This document shows, in pieces, positions 17,818-28,665 of a stretch of 64,000 nucleotides of DNA. Both the position numbers and the translations under genes were made by a program. Each line of letters begins with the position of its first letter. Within the stretch, counting starts at the first letter, position 1. Source of the stretch: an uncultured Vicinamibacteraceae bacterium (GTDB lineage Bacteria > Planctomycetota > Phycisphaerae > Phycisphaerales > UBA5793); assembly GCA_964585855.1 (NCBI GenBank), contig CAZPFK010000003.1:22092-86091 (forward strand), in the 5' to 3' direction. The notes beneath the pieces were generated by a model. That model searched no databases. It was not told where the DNA came from and saw only the letters and a list, made by a program, of their open reading frames with translations.

Positions 17818-19176
17818 ATGAACTACACGCAGATCACGCCCGCTCAGCGGCAGGAGATGTTCAAAGCCATCGGCATCTCCGACATCGATGAACTCTTCAC
17901 CCCGATCCCCGAGGCGCTTCGCCTTGACCGCGAACTCGACCTGCCGGCTCCGGCCAGCGAACTCGAGCTCCAGCGGGAGTTGAACCGTCTGGGCCGGCAA
18001 AACAACGGCTCGGATACGCACGCCTGCTTTATGGGCGGCGGGGCCTATGACCACTTCATTCCCACGCTGATTGACCCCCTGATCAGTCGCGGCGAGTTTC
18101 TGACCTCCTACACGCCGTACCAGGCCGAAGCCCTTCAGGGCACGCTGCAGGCGTTCTTCGAGTTTCAGACACAGGTTGCGCTGATTTCCGGGATGGATAT
18201 CGCAAACGCCAGTCTGTACGACGGGGCCACGTCCGTTGCCGAAGCGGTGATCCTCGCGCTCAACACCACCGGCAAGCGCCGTGTGCTGATTGCCGAAACG
18301 CTTCATCCGCACTACCGGCAGGTCGTGGAGACCTACCTCGACTCCCTGCCTGCACAGGTCGTCACGATTCCCGCCCGAAACGGCGTGACTCCCGTTGATG
18401 CCATCCGGGCCGAGCTCAAGGGCGATGAGGCGTGCGTCGTCGTGCAGTCGCCGAACTTCTTCGGCCTCTTCGAGGACTGGCAGGGCTGCTTTGAAGCAAC
18501 GCACACGCAGGACCGCACCCTCGCTGTTGCCGTCTTCAACCCGATCGCCTGCGGCCGATTCCGCAAGCCGGGAGAGTGCGGGGCCGACATCGCCGTCGCC
18601 GAAGGGCAGCCGCTGGGCGTTCCGCTGCAGTTCGGCGGGCCGTACCTCGGACTCTTCGCCGCTCGCAATGATCTTTCCCGGAAGATGCCCGGCCGCCTCA
18701 TCGGTGAGACGACCGATCGCGAGGGCCGCCGGGCCTACTGCCTCGTCCTGCAGACTCGTGAGCAGCACATCCGCGGGGCGAAGGCGACCAGCAACATCTG
18801 CACCAACCAGGGTCTGCTGGCGATGCGGGCGACGATGTTCATGAACGCCCTTGGCCCGAAGGGCCTGGCTGAGATGGCTGAGCACTCCTTCCACAAGGCC
18901 CATTACCTCGCAAGAGGCCTCGCCGCCCTTCCCGGCTTTGCCCTCAAGTATCCGGGCGACTTCTTCAACGAGTTTGTCCTGACCTGTCCCTTCCCTGCTT
19001 CACGCCTGATCGATGCGGCGCGGGATGCGGGCATGTTGCTCGGTCCCGCCCTTGATACCGCGCGGGCCGGCAAAGTCGGCAGCGATCGTGATGTGCTGAT
19101 TGCCGTGACCGAGAAGCGCACGAAGCGGGAGCTGGATGCGCTGATTGACCTTGCAGGTGCGCTCGCCTCCGCCTGA
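17818..19176 (+). CDS. gcvPA: Glycine dehydrogenase (aminomethyl-transferring) subunit 1
   Basis: MNYTQITPAQRQEMFKAIGISDIDELF... and TSYTPYQAEALQGTLQAFFEFQT are typical of the split P-protein alpha subunit. The Met at 17818 lies inside the longer track ORF. Confidence 0.9.
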   Translation: MNYTQITPAQRQEMFKAIGISDIDELFTPIPEALRLDRELDLPAPASELELQRELNRLGRQNNGSDTHACFMGGGAYDHFIPTLIDPLISRGEFLTSYTPYQAEALQGTLQAFFEFQTQVALISGMDIANASLYDGATSVAEAVILALNTTGKRRVLIAETLHPHYRQVVETYLDSLPAQVVTIPARNGVTPVDAIRAELKGDEACVVVQSPNFFGLFEDWQGCFEATHTQDRTLAVAVFNPIACGRFRKPGECGADIAVAEGQPLGVPLQFGGPYLGLFAARNDLSRKMPGRLIGETTDREGRRAYCLVLQTREQHIRGAKATSNICTNQGLLAMRATMFMNALGPKGLAEMAEHSFHKAHYLARGLAALPGFALKYPGDFFNEFVLTCPFPASRLIDAARDAGMLLGPALDTARAGKVGSDRDVLIAVTEKRTKRELDALIDLAGALASA

Positions 19177-19223
19177 CCGATGACCGAAAGCCACAGAGTG
19201 CCGATGACGGCAAGTGAGATCTC

Positions 19224-20801
19224 ATGCAGCCAGTTTCCGAAACCACAGCCCGGCGTCCAGTCGCCGTTGAGTCCACGACCATGACCACGCCCGCCGCAGA
19301 TGCTTCCTTCAACGGCTCCGCCCGGTCGCGATCCGAGCGTCCCGTCGAACCGCTGATCTTCGAGAAGTCCGTCCCCGGTCAGCGGGCGGTGACCTTGCCC
19401 GATCTCGATGTCGAGGAATCACCGATTCCGGAGGCGCTCACCGGTTCGGGCTTTGCCGGCGCGGAGGTGGGTCAGCTGAAGCTCGTCCGCCACTACACGC
19501 ATCTTTCCAATCGTAACTTCTCCGTAGACGGCAACTTCTATCCGCTCGGGTCGTGCACGATGAAGTACAACCCCCGCATCAACGAGTGGGCCGCCGCTCA
19601 TCCGGGCTTCTCCACGCTGCACCCGCTGGCCGACGATGTCGATATCCAGGGCGCGCTGGAACTGCTCTACGACCTGCGGGGCTACCTGCAGGAAATCTCC
19701 GGCCTGCACGAAGTCAGTCTCCAGCCCGCAGCCGGCGCCCACGGCGAGTATGCAGCGCTGAAGGTCATCCGGGCCTACTTTGTTGATCGGGGCCAGACGC
19801 AGCGCACCAAGGTGCTCGCCCCCGACACTGCCCACGGGACCAACCCCGCCAGTTGCGCGATGTGCGGAGCCAACGTCATTACCGTGCCCTCCACGCACGG
19901 CTACACCGATGTCGTCGCCCTGCGCGAGATCATCGAGCGCGAGGGACCGGAGACCATCATGGCCATGATGGTCACCAACCCGAACACCGCAGGACTCTTT
20001 GACTCCAAGATCAAGGAGATCGCCGACATCGTCCACGAGGCCGGCGGCCTTCTGTATCTCGACGGCGCCAACATGAATGCCGTGCTCGGCAAGACGCGCC
20101 CGGGCGACTTCGGCGCCGACGCGATGCACTACAACACCCACAAGACCTTCTCGACTCCTCACGGCGGCGGCGGACCGGGCGCCGGGCCCATCGCCGTGCG
20201 CGACTTCCTCGCTCCTTACCTTCCGGTCCCGCAGGTCGTGAAGCGGGCAGACGGGCGATTTGCCCTCGACTACGACCGGCCCAAGTCCGTCGGGAAGGTC
20301 CGCTCATTCTTCGGGCAGTTCGGCGTGCTGGTCCGCTGCTGGACCTACATCCGCGCCTGTGGAAACACGGGTCTGCGCGACGTTTCCGAGATCGCCGTGC
20401 TCAACGCCAACTACCTCGCAGCCCGGCTCCGGGACCGTTTCGAGATGCCCTACTTTGCGCCGCAGCGCGGGGCGTATGCCGCACACGAGTTCATCACCGT
20501 TCCGAAGTCGCTGCTGGCTCGGGGCGTGACGCTGCTGGATATCGCCAAGCGACTGATCGACTTCGGCATCCATCCGCCGACGATGCACTGGCCCATCCAC
20601 GACTGCCTCATGGTCGAGCCCACCGAGAGCGAGGGCAAGGGCACCCTCGATGAGTTCATCGCCGTGATGAACCGCATCGCCGATGAGATCGAAAGCGACC
20701 CGGAGATCGTCCGCCAGGCCCCGACCGACGCGGCCGTGCGTCGCCTCGATGAGGTCGCCGCCAACCGCAAGCCGGTGCTGCGCTGGACTCCGACCGGCTG
20801 A
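19224..20801 (+). CDS. gcvPB: Glycine dehydrogenase (aminomethyl-transferring) subunit 2
   Basis: EPLIFEKSVPGQRA plus the PLP region HYNTHKTFSTPHGGGGPG. The start could instead be the Met at 19281. Confidence 0.9.
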   Translation: MQPVSETTARRPVAVESTTMTTPAADASFNGSARSRSERPVEPLIFEKSVPGQRAVTLPDLDVEESPIPEALTGSGFAGAEVGQLKLVRHYTHLSNRNFSVDGNFYPLGSCTMKYNPRINEWAAAHPGFSTLHPLADDVDIQGALELLYDLRGYLQEISGLHEVSLQPAAGAHGEYAALKVIRAYFVDRGQTQRTKVLAPDTAHGTNPASCAMCGANVITVPSTHGYTDVVALREIIEREGPETIMAMMVTNPNTAGLFDSKIKEIADIVHEAGGLLYLDGANMNAVLGKTRPGDFGADAMHYNTHKTFSTPHGGGGPGAGPIAVRDFLAPYLPVPQVVKRADGRFALDYDRPKSVGKVRSFFGQFGVLVRCWTYIRACGNTGLRDVSEIAVLNANYLAARLRDRFEMPYFAPQRGAYAAHEFITVPKSLLARGVTLLDIAKRLIDFGIHPPTMHWPIHDCLMVEPTESEGKGTLDEFIAVMNRIADEIESDPEIVRQAPTDAAVRRLDEVAANRKPVLRWTPTG

Positions 20802-20813
20802 GGCGGCTGCGCC

Positions 20814-22205
20814 TTACGCCATCCGCACCCAGTGCAGCAGCGTGCGCACGCTCGGCGGCTTGCCGTACATCAGGATGCCGATGCGGAAGATCTTGGCCGT
20901 CACCCAGATGAAGAATCCGACGGCCAGGAAGCCGATGATCAGCGTCGCGATGATCTGCCAGAGGGGGATCGGCTGGTTGCTGCCCAGCCGCATCGCCATG
21001 ACAAAGGGCGTCATCGGCGGGATGAAGCTCATCACCGTGGCAAAGCCGGAGTTTGGCCCGCGAACGATCGGGACGAACGCGATCAGCGGGAGCATCAGGA
21101 TCATGATCACAGGCCCCATCAGCGCCTGCGCCTCGCGCATCTCCGTCACCGCAGCGCCGACGGCCGCCATCGCACAGGCGACGAAGAAGAAGGCCATGAT
21201 GAAGTAGGGGGTAACGATGAGCACCTTGTTCAGGTCGATCAGGTAGGCCCATTCGGTCGTGCCCAGCCACCAGATGCCCGGTGCGGCATAGAGCAGCAGC
21301 ATCAGCAGCGCCACCGCGCCCTGGCCGATGATCTTGCCCTCCATCAGTTGCCGCGGCGAGGCGGCGCTGAGGAGCACCTCCATCACGCGGTTGCTCTTTT
21401 CCTCGACGGTGCTGGTCAGCAGATACTGGCCCCCTGTCATCGTGCAGATCCACAGCAGCATCATGAACGCAAGCGGCACGAGCATCGCGGCCGCATCGCT
21501 GGTGGCGGCCTCGCCCCGATCCGTGACGGTCTTCATATCAATCGACGGCGGCTGCACCATCGCGTTGGCCATCAGGTAGTCCTGACCCTGCTCCGCCAGT
21601 CGTGCCTTCACGACGCCCACGGAGACGCCGGCCTTGAGCCGGTCGGCGTTGTCGGCGTGCAGTTTCGGGCCGGTGTAGACCGTCACCTGCTCCTGGGCCC
21701 CGATCGCAAGTGCCTGCGGGGCGAGCACGATGGCGGAGGTCAGTTCTCCGGCAAGCACGCGCTGCCGCAGCGAATCAAGCAGGGCCGTTCGTTCCTCCTC
21801 CGCAGTTGGATACTCAATCGACTCGAAGGTCACTTCAGGCAGCGGCTGGTTCATGAAACGCGAAATCATCGGCCCGGCGGCGAGCATCTGCATCTGCATG
21901 TTTCGGTCGATGGGGGTGCCGGCCTCCCGGGCCGCGGAGAGCATCTCCTGGCTCTGGCGGTACTGCTCCTGCTGGAGTCGGATGGTCTCCGGGTCGAGTT
22001 CGCGCTGGATGACCGGCTCGATGACTCCGGTGGCGTCAACGATCGCCACGGCTCCCTTCAACTGCGGAATCTCCGGTTCCAGGGAGGTGAAGTAGAACAT
22101 CAGCCCGTAGACGATGACCGGGAGAATCACGGCGCCGAAGAAGAACGCCATCGTCATCACCGTCGATTTGAATTCCCGCACAGCGACGAGGAACGTCTTA
22201 TGCAT
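20814..22205 (-). CDS. ABC-2 type transporter permease (NatB/YhaP-like)
   Basis: N-terminal helix, a large extracytoplasmic loop and then 5 C-terminal helices. The MHKTFLVAVREFKS start has GGAGG 9 nt upstream. It overlaps the end of the upstream ATPase gene. Confidence 0.7.
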   Translation of the reverse strand: MHKTFLVAVREFKSTVMTMAFFFGAVILPVIVYGLMFYFTSLEPEIPQLKGAVAIVDATGVIEPVIQRELDPETIRLQQEQYRQSQEMLSAAREAGTPIDRNMQMQMLAAGPMISRFMNQPLPEVTFESIEYPTAEEERTALLDSLRQRVLAGELTSAIVLAPQALAIGAQEQVTVYTGPKLHADNADRLKAGVSVGVVKARLAEQGQDYLMANAMVQPPSIDMKTVTDRGEAATSDAAAMLVPLAFMMLLWICTMTGGQYLLTSTVEEKSNRVMEVLLSAASPRQLMEGKIIGQGAVALLMLLLYAAPGIWWLGTTEWAYLIDLNKVLIVTPYFIMAFFFVACAMAAVGAAVTEMREAQALMGPVIMILMLPLIAFVPIVRGPNSGFATVMSFIPPMTPFVMAMRLGSNQPIPLWQIIATLIIGFLAVGFFIWVTAKIFRIGILMYGKPPSVRTLLHWVRMA

Positions 22206-23139
22206 CGGCCGCCACCTCCAGCCCGCCAAGTTCGTTGATATGTACGTCCGAAACCATGCTGATGAAGACGTCGTCGAGACTCAACTGCCGCAGCTCCACC
22301 TTCCGCAGTTCCGCATGCTCCATCAACTGCCGCATGACCGCGTACGGATCGGCCCCGTCTGTCAGGGAGACCTCGAACTCGCCGTGCAGCCGGCGGACGT
22401 CGAGTACGCTGGGGAACCCTGCGAGGTCGATATCGCCGTTCCGCGGGCTGACGATGAGCGTGCGCGGGTCAAACTGCTGCCGGATGTTGGCCAGCGTGTC
22501 GTCGAGCAGCTTCTTGCCCTTGTTGATCAGCACGATACGGTCGCACATCTGCTCGGCCTGGTGCAGCACGTGCGTGCTGAAGATGAAGGTGCGTCCGGCA
22601 TCGCTGAGCTCGACGATCAGTTCCCGCATTGTCCGGGCGTTCACCGGGTCGAGGCCGGAAAATGGCTCGTCGAGGATGATCAGTTCCGGCTCGTGGATCA
22701 GCGTTGCGATGAACTGCACCTTCTGCTGCATGCCCTTGGAGAGTTCTTCGCACTTCTTTTTGATCGTGTGACCCAGCCCGAGCCGCTCCAGCCAGTCCTT
22801 TGACTTCAACTTTGCAGCCGGCGTGTCCACGCCCTTCATCCCGGCCATGAAGGTGAGAAACTCGCCGACTTTCATCTTGCGATACAGGCCGCGCTCCTCG
22901 GGCAGGTAACCGATCTGGTCCTTGCTCTCGATGGCGCTGGCCTTGCCGAGCACGCGGATCTCCCCGGAATCCGGGAAAATGATCGACATGATCATGCGGA
23001 TCGTCGTTGTCTTTCCAGCCCCGTTCGGGCCCAGAAAGCCCGTCAGACTGCCGGTCGGCACCGTCAGACTGAGGTCGTCAACGGCCTGCGTCTCGCCGAA
23101 TCGCTTGCTGGCATTTCGAATCTCGATGGCTGCATCCAC
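22198..23139 (-). CDS. ABC transporter ATP-binding protein (NatA-like)
   Basis: Walker A GPNGAGKTT, signature LSKGMQQKV and Walker B LIILDEPFSGLD are all present. Confidence 0.9.
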   Translation of the reverse strand: MDAAIEIRNASKRFGETQAVDDLSLTVPTGSLTGFLGPNGAGKTTTIRMIMSIIFPDSGEIRVLGKASAIESKDQIGYLPEERGLYRKMKVGEFLTFMAGMKGVDTPAAKLKSKDWLERLGLGHTIKKKCEELSKGMQQKVQFIATLIHEPELIILDEPFSGLDPVNARTMRELIVELSDAGRTFIFSTHVLHQAEQMCDRIVLINKGKKLLDDTLANIRQQFDPRTLIVSPRNGDIDLAGFPSVLDVRRLHGEFEVSLTDGADPYAVMRQLMEHAELRKVELRQLSLDDVFISMVSDVHINELGGLEVAADA

Positions 23140-23310
23140 GTCGGGGGCTCCTGGGCCTCGGGTCCGGATTCCGATGGGTCGATTATTGGCACGTCGGCTG
23201 CGGGGCCGAATCCTTCATCGGGAGACGCGAGCCCCGGTCGGCCGATCCCTCAGAGCGGTGTCCGGAACGTCTCACCGGCATCATCACGGCATCGACCATA
23301 CGATTGTCCG

Positions 23311-26103
23311 ATGCACACGATGCCCGACGCCGCCAATCTCGCCTACGTCGAGAGTCTCTACGAGGCCTATCTCGAATCGCCCGACGCCCTGCCGGAGCCC
23401 TGGCGCGAGTATTTCGCCGGCATGACCAACGGCCACGCCCCGGCCCTGCGCCCCGCCTTCCGGCCCGCAAGCATTTTCAACCCGACGACCGCCTCGGGGC
23501 CGTCGACCGCATCGGCTCTCTCCGGCGATGCCCGTCGCCTCATGCTCCAGCAGCGCGTCGATCAACTGGTGCGCAACTACCGCGTCCGGGGCCACATCAT
23601 CGCCCAGATCGACCCCTTGGGCCGACAGCGCCCGACGCCCGCGGAGCTGGAGCCGGAGTACTACGGCTTCACCGAAGCGGAGATGGACCTGCCCTTCTCG
23701 ACGGATGCGATCAACGGGCAGACGGTCTGGACGCTGCGTGAGATCCTCAAGCGTCTGCGCACGACCTATTGCCGCTCGATCGGCGCGCAGTTCATGCACA
23801 TCGATGACCTGCAGGTCCGGCGCTGGCTTTCAGACCGAATGGAGACCTCTGAGAATCACACGAAGATCTCCCGTGATGAGCAGCTGGCGATCCTCCGCCG
23901 ACTGACGCAGGCCGTGATCTTCGAGGAGTTCATCCAGAAGAAGTACGTCGGGGCCAAGAGCTTCTCGCTGGAGGGGTCGGAAACGCTCATTCCTCTGCTG
24001 GCCATGGCCATCGAGAAATGCGGCGACGACGGGCTCGATGAGATCATTCTCGCAATGGCGCACCGGGGCCGGCTCAACGTGCTGGCCAACATCGTCGGCA
24101 AGAGCCCGGCGCAGATCTTCCGCGAGTTTGAGGACATTGATCCAAAGCGTCACACCGGGCGCGGCGACGTGAAGTACCACCTCGGTTATGACGGGCAGTG
24201 GCAGACCAGTGCCGGTCGCCGGGTCCGCCTCTCGCTGTGCTTCAACCCCAGCCACCTCGAGTACGTCAATGCAGTCGCAGCGGGGCGTGTCCGCGCCAAG
24301 CAGGATCGGGCCGGTGATTTCGCTCGGGCCCTGAAGACGGCGATCATGATCCACGGCGATGCCTCGTTCATCGGCCAAGGCGTCGTGCAGGAAGTGCTGA
24401 ATCTCAGCCAGCTGCGCGGCTACGCCACGGGCGGGACGCTGCACGTCATCGTCAACAACCAGGTCGGCTTCACGACGCCTCCGGAGGAGGCGCGTTCGAC
24501 GGTGTATGCCTCCGATGTCGCGAAAATGCTCCAGAGCCCCATCTTTCACGTCAACGGTGAAGACCCCGAGGCCGTGGCGCAGGCGGTGCGGCTCAGTCTC
24601 GACTTCCGTCGCGAGTTTCAGCGGGATGTCGTCATCGACCTCTACTGCTACCGACGCCGCGGTCATAACGAGGGTGATGAACCCTCCTTTACGCAGCCGC
24701 TCCTCTACCACGCCATCGAGCAGCGCGACAACGTCCGCGAGGGCTACCTGCACCACCTGCTCAAGCTTGGTGAGGTCTCCCGCGAAGACGCGGATGCCAT
24801 GGCCGATGAGCTTCATGCCGACCTCGAACGCAAACTCGAGGCCGCCCGCGCGGAGTCCTTCGAGCATCATCGACACTCCCCCGATGGCATCTGGCGCGGC
24901 TATCTGGGCGGCAGGGAGGGACAGGTCCATGAGGTTGACACCGGGGCGCCGCGCGAGCAGATCGCCGATGTGCTCCGCCGCGTCACCGAAGCGCCGGAGG
25001 GCTTCAACGTCAATCGGAAGATCCTTCGCGGCCTCCAGGCACGCCGGAAAATGGCCGAAGGCGAGCAGCCGGTGGACTGGTCCGCCGCTGAGGCCGCCGC
25101 ACTTGGTCTGCTCTCGCTGCAAGGCGCTCGGATTCGCCTGACCGGGCAGGACACCGCTCGAGGCACCTTCAGCCAGAGGCACGCGGCCTGGCACGATTCA
25201 GAGACCGGCTCGGTCTACGTCCCGCTGGCCAATCTCGCGCCGGATCAGGCTCCAGTGGAGATTCTCAACAGTCCCCTCTCCGAATCCGGCGTCCTCGGCT
25301 TCGAGTACGGCTACAGCCTCGAAACCCCCGACGGCCTTGTGCTCTGGGAGGCGCAGTTCGGCGACTTCTGCAACGTCGCGCAGCCGATCATCGACCAGTT
25401 CATCTGTTCGGCCGAGGACAAGTGGCAGCACCTCTCCGGCCTTGTCCTGCTGCTGCCGCACGGTTTTGAAGGGCAGGGACCGGAGCACTCAAGCGCCCGC
25501 CTTGAGCGCTTCCTCACGCTTGCGGCCGAGGACAACATCCAGATCGTCAACCCGACGACTCCGGCGCAGTACTTCCATGTGCTTCGCCGGCAGGTGATCC
25601 GGAAGTGGCGCAAGCCGCTGATTGTGATGACGCCCAAGAGTCTGTTGCGCCACGCTTCGGTCGTCTCCTCCCTCGATGAACTCTCAGACGGCATGTTCCA
25701 GCGCGTCCTGGGCGATCCCCGACTGGAGTCTCCCGGCGACCTCCGCCGCGTGATTCTCTGCTCCGGCAAGGTCTATTACGACCTCGAGGAGCACCGCCGC
25801 GAACATGGCCGGGACGATGTCGCGATCATCCGCCTGGAGCAGCTGTACCCCTTCCCGAAGGCGGCTCTTGAGCGGCAGCTGGCTTCGCTTCCGGACGGAA
25901 CCGATGTTCGCTGGGTCCAGGAGGATCCTGAAAACATGGGCGCGTGGCGTTTCCTGCGCGTCCTCCTGGGCGAACGTCTCATGGGCCGCTTCCCCTTCTC
26001 GGGCATCTCGCGCAAGGCGTCGGCGAGCCCGGCGACGGGTTCAAAAAGCAGCCACAAACTGGAGCAGGAGCGCCTGCTGGAGCGGGCGTTTGCCCTTCCA
26101 TGA
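23311..26103 (+). CDS. sucA: 2-oxoglutarate dehydrogenase E1 component
   Basis: 930 aa, with an N-terminal NLAYVESLYEAYLESP and motifs including HRGRLNVL and GDASFIGQGVV. It is collinear with SucA. Confidence 0.95.
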   Translation: MHTMPDAANLAYVESLYEAYLESPDALPEPWREYFAGMTNGHAPALRPAFRPASIFNPTTASGPSTASALSGDARRLMLQQRVDQLVRNYRVRGHIIAQIDPLGRQRPTPAELEPEYYGFTEAEMDLPFSTDAINGQTVWTLREILKRLRTTYCRSIGAQFMHIDDLQVRRWLSDRMETSENHTKISRDEQLAILRRLTQAVIFEEFIQKKYVGAKSFSLEGSETLIPLLAMAIEKCGDDGLDEIILAMAHRGRLNVLANIVGKSPAQIFREFEDIDPKRHTGRGDVKYHLGYDGQWQTSAGRRVRLSLCFNPSHLEYVNAVAAGRVRAKQDRAGDFARALKTAIMIHGDASFIGQGVVQEVLNLSQLRGYATGGTLHVIVNNQVGFTTPPEEARSTVYASDVAKMLQSPIFHVNGEDPEAVAQAVRLSLDFRREFQRDVVIDLYCYRRRGHNEGDEPSFTQPLLYHAIEQRDNVREGYLHHLLKLGEVSREDADAMADELHADLERKLEAARAESFEHHRHSPDGIWRGYLGGREGQVHEVDTGAPREQIADVLRRVTEAPEGFNVNRKILRGLQARRKMAEGEQPVDWSAAEAAALGLLSLQGARIRLTGQDTARGTFSQRHAAWHDSETGSVYVPLANLAPDQAPVEILNSPLSESGVLGFEYGYSLETPDGLVLWEAQFGDFCNVAQPIIDQFICSAEDKWQHLSGLVLLLPHGFEGQGPEHSSARLERFLTLAAEDNIQIVNPTTPAQYFHVLRRQVIRKWRKPLIVMTPKSLLRHASVVSSLDELSDGMFQRVLGDPRLESPGDLRRVILCSGKVYYDLEEHRREHGRDDVAIIRLEQLYPFPKAALERQLASLPDGTDVRWVQEDPENMGAWRFLRVLLGERLMGRFPFSGISRKASASPATGSKSSHKLEQERLLERAFALP

Positions 26104-26142
26104 TCAGATTGAAACCCCGGCTCATGCCGGCACGGAGTTGCC

Positions 26143-27321
26143 ATGCCTGTTGAAGTGAAGATTCCGGAGATCGGCGAGTCCATCACCGAAGCCATCATCG
26201 CCGCCTGGCTCAAGAAGCCCGGCGACTCCGTGGACAAGGATGAGCCCGTCGTCGAACTCGAGACCGACAAGGTCTCCGTCGAAGTGCCGGCTCCGTCGGC
26301 CGGTGTGATCGGCGAGCTGCTGAAGAAGGCGGGAGAGACAGCCAACGTCGGCGATGTGATCGCCTACATCAACGAGTCCACCGACGCCTCCGCCAACGGC
26401 AATGCCGGCGCGAAGTCCGACAGGCGCACGACCTCAAAGCCGCAGCCGGATTCCACCTCGACTATTGAGGGCGGCAAGGCCGGGACGAAGAAGCAGGAGA
26501 AGGAGAAGGCCGGGTCTGAACACGTGAAAGAGCCCGAGGCGAAGAAGGAGCCGAAACGAACCGCCGACGACGCTGCCGCGGCGACGAAGGCGGAGCCGGC
26601 GCGGAAGGAGTCCTCGGAGGGCCGGCAGGAGGAACTGGTGCCGCTCTCCCCGATGCGCAAGCGCATCGCGCAGCGCCTCGTCTCTGCGCAGCAGACTGCG
26701 GCCATGCTCACGACCTTCAACGAGATCGACATGTCCGCCGTGCAGGCCCTGCGGAAGAAGTATCGCGAGGCCTTTGAGGCGCGCTACGGCATCCGTCTCG
26801 GGCTGATGTCCTTCTTCGTCAAGGCGGTGATCGAAGGACTCAAGGCCGAGCCGCGCCTCAACGCCGAAATCCGCGAGGATCACATCGCCTACCGCAACTT
26901 CTATGACATCGGCATGGCTGTCAGCACAGAGAAGGGCCTCCTGGTTCCAGTGCTGCGAAACGCCGAACGCCTCAGTTTCGCCCAGATCGAATCGGCCATC
27001 GCCGACTTCGCGCAGCGCGCCCGCACCAACCAGATCGACCTCGATGAACTGCGCGGTGGAACCTTCACCATCACCAACGGCGGCGTCTTCGGCTCGCTCC
27101 TCTCCACGCCCATTCTCAACCCCCCGCAGAGCGGCATCCTCGGCCTCCACACGATCCAGGATCGTCCAGTCGCCATCGACGGCCAGGTGGTCATCAGGCC
27201 GATGATGTACGTCGCCCTGACTTACGACCATCGCCTGGTCGACGGCCGCGAGGCGGTCACCTTCCTGAAGCGCATCAAGGACCTGCTGGAAGACCCCGCT
27301 CGCCTGCTTGTGGAAGTCTGA
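26143..27321 (+). CDS. sucB: Dihydrolipoyllysine-residue succinyltransferase (E2o)
   Basis: Lipoyl domain [14 protein letters not shown] and catalytic domain [14 protein letters not shown]. The linker is Lys/Glu/Ala-rich, and I see no peripheral-subunit-binding motif. Confidence 0.9.
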   Translation: MPVEVKIPEIGESITEAIIAAWLKKPGDSVDKDEPVVELETDKVSVEVPAPSAGVIGELLKKAGETANVGDVIAYINESTDASANGNAGAKSDRRTTSKPQPDSTSTIEGGKAGTKKQEKEKAGSEHVKEPEAKKEPKRTADDAAAATKAEPARKESSEGRQEELVPLSPMRKRIAQRLVSAQQTAAMLTTFNEIDMSAVQALRKKYREAFEARYGIRLGLMSFFVKAVIEGLKAEPRLNAEIREDHIAYRNFYDIGMAVSTEKGLLVPVLRNAERLSFAQIESAIADFAQRARTNQIDLDELRGGTFTITNGGVFGSLLSTPILNPPQSGILGLHTIQDRPVAIDGQVVIRPMMYVALTYDHRLVDGREAVTFLKRIKDLLEDPARLLVEV

Positions 27322-27327
27322 CGCCGC

Positions 27328-28113
27328 TTACGGGCACTCCAGCGTCGTGATGTCCACGCGCCAGTCTCCGGCCGGCGTCGCCGTGGAAAAGACCTCCGGC
27401 TCCACCGTCGCCTGGGGGTCGTAGTTCACCACGTCGGCAGTGTTCAGGTCCCCGGAACGCTCCAGCACCACGACGCGGCTTGGCATCCACGTCTCCGGGT
27501 CGTACCAGAGGTCGACCTGCTCCAGCTCCTCATCCTCGCCGGACGACCTCGGCGTCAGGCGGAGGTGGTAGTGCCCGGCCAGTCGCCCGGTTTCCGTGTT
27601 CTCGATCTGCTCCACATGGAATCGGCGAACGATGTCGGCACGCGACTGGCCGATCGGAAGCGGAAAGGGGCCGTCGATGGAGAGCGGGTCGTACTCCGGA
27701 TCATCCGGGCAGGCGATCTCCCGCTTGTTGAACTGACGCTCATCATTGAGTCGCTCGACGAGGTACCGCCCGTCGAAGATGTAATCCACATCGATGGATT
27801 CAACCGTCACGCCGATCTGCTTCTCGTCGAAGTGAACGGCAAACTGCCGTCGGCCCGTCTCCGGATCTAGCCGGGAATGAAGCGTCCCCTTGCGCACCTG
27901 CGTGTCTCCGATCAGCGCCTTCTCGTTCTCGTAGCGGATGCGCGCTGTCAGCGTGCCGAGGTCGGCCGTCTCCTGCTCAATCCGATCCAGCAGTTCGTCG
28001 GCCGACGTGATCGGCTGGGGCAGGGCGATGCACTCCCCCCCGGTCGGGGGCGTCTCTGGCTGCAGGAGCGCTATGGCGAGGGCGAGCAGGAAGGTTGTGA
28101 GCATCGTCGTCAT
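27328..28113 (-). CDS. LolA-like / outer-membrane lipoprotein-sorting family protein (putative)
   Basis: It has a signal peptide, and the pattern ADELLDRIEQETADLGTLTARIRYENE...GTL...FDGRYLVE resembles the LolA-fold family layout. This is a pattern-level call only. Confidence 0.4.
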   Translation of the reverse strand: MTTMLTTFLLALAIALLQPETPPTGGECIALPQPITSADELLDRIEQETADLGTLTARIRYENEKALIGDTQVRKGTLHSRLDPETGRRQFAVHFDEKQIGVTVESIDVDYIFDGRYLVERLNDERQFNKREIACPDDPEYDPLSIDGPFPLPIGQSRADIVRRFHVEQIENTETGRLAGHYHLRLTPRSSGEDEELEQVDLWYDPETWMPSRVVVLERSGDLNTADVVNYDPQATVEPEVFSTATPAGDWRVDITTLECP

Positions 28114-28658
28114 CCGGGAGATTCCTCTGCCTGCTGCTGCCGGCTGAGCCGTTCCTCGCGCAGGGCGGTCACCTCGTTGAGGATCGCATCAGAAAGGACG
28201 AGGTTGTCCTCCAGACATTCCCATTCCTTCCTCGCCCCATACAGGTTGAAGACAACGGCAACCGCCGCCGCTCCCAGGGCCCACCAGGCCGAGATCGCCA
28301 GCTCCTGCCGGACCGGACTGGCCATGAAGTGCAGCGATGCGGCCGTGACGGTCGCGACAATCGCCATGAAGCCGTACCGGAAGGCGACGCGCTTATTCCG
28401 CTTAGCGCGATCGGTCGCCTGCGGATCGGAGTAGCCGTGGTCCTCCACCGCCCGCTCCACAAATCGTGTCGCCGCAATGAAATACGTGTAGAAGATCGAA
28501 TGTACCAGGGCCGTCCAGACCGCCGTCAACACGACCAGCACGTCGAAGGATGGCGAGGTCGCCGCGTCGTCGCCGAACCCGCGCACCACTCCCCAGGCGA
28601 CGACGATCGTCAGCAGCAGAATGTTTGCGGAGGTCAGATTCAGAAAGAGATTCTTCAC
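28110..28658 (-). CDS. Hypothetical integral membrane protein (about 4 helices)
   Basis: The ORF has four hydrophobic segments and a charged C-terminal tail. It is coupled by a 4-nt overlap to the downstream gene. No family recognised. Confidence 0.5.
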   Translation of the reverse strand: MKNLFLNLTSANILLLTIVVAWGVVRGFGDDAATSPSFDVLVVLTAVWTALVHSIFYTYFIAATRFVERAVEDHGYSDPQATDRAKRNKRVAFRYGFMAIVATVTAASLHFMASPVRQELAISAWWALGAAAVAVVFNLYGARKEWECLEDNLVLSDAILNEVTALREERLSRQQQAEESPG

Positions 28659-28665
28659 AATGCTC

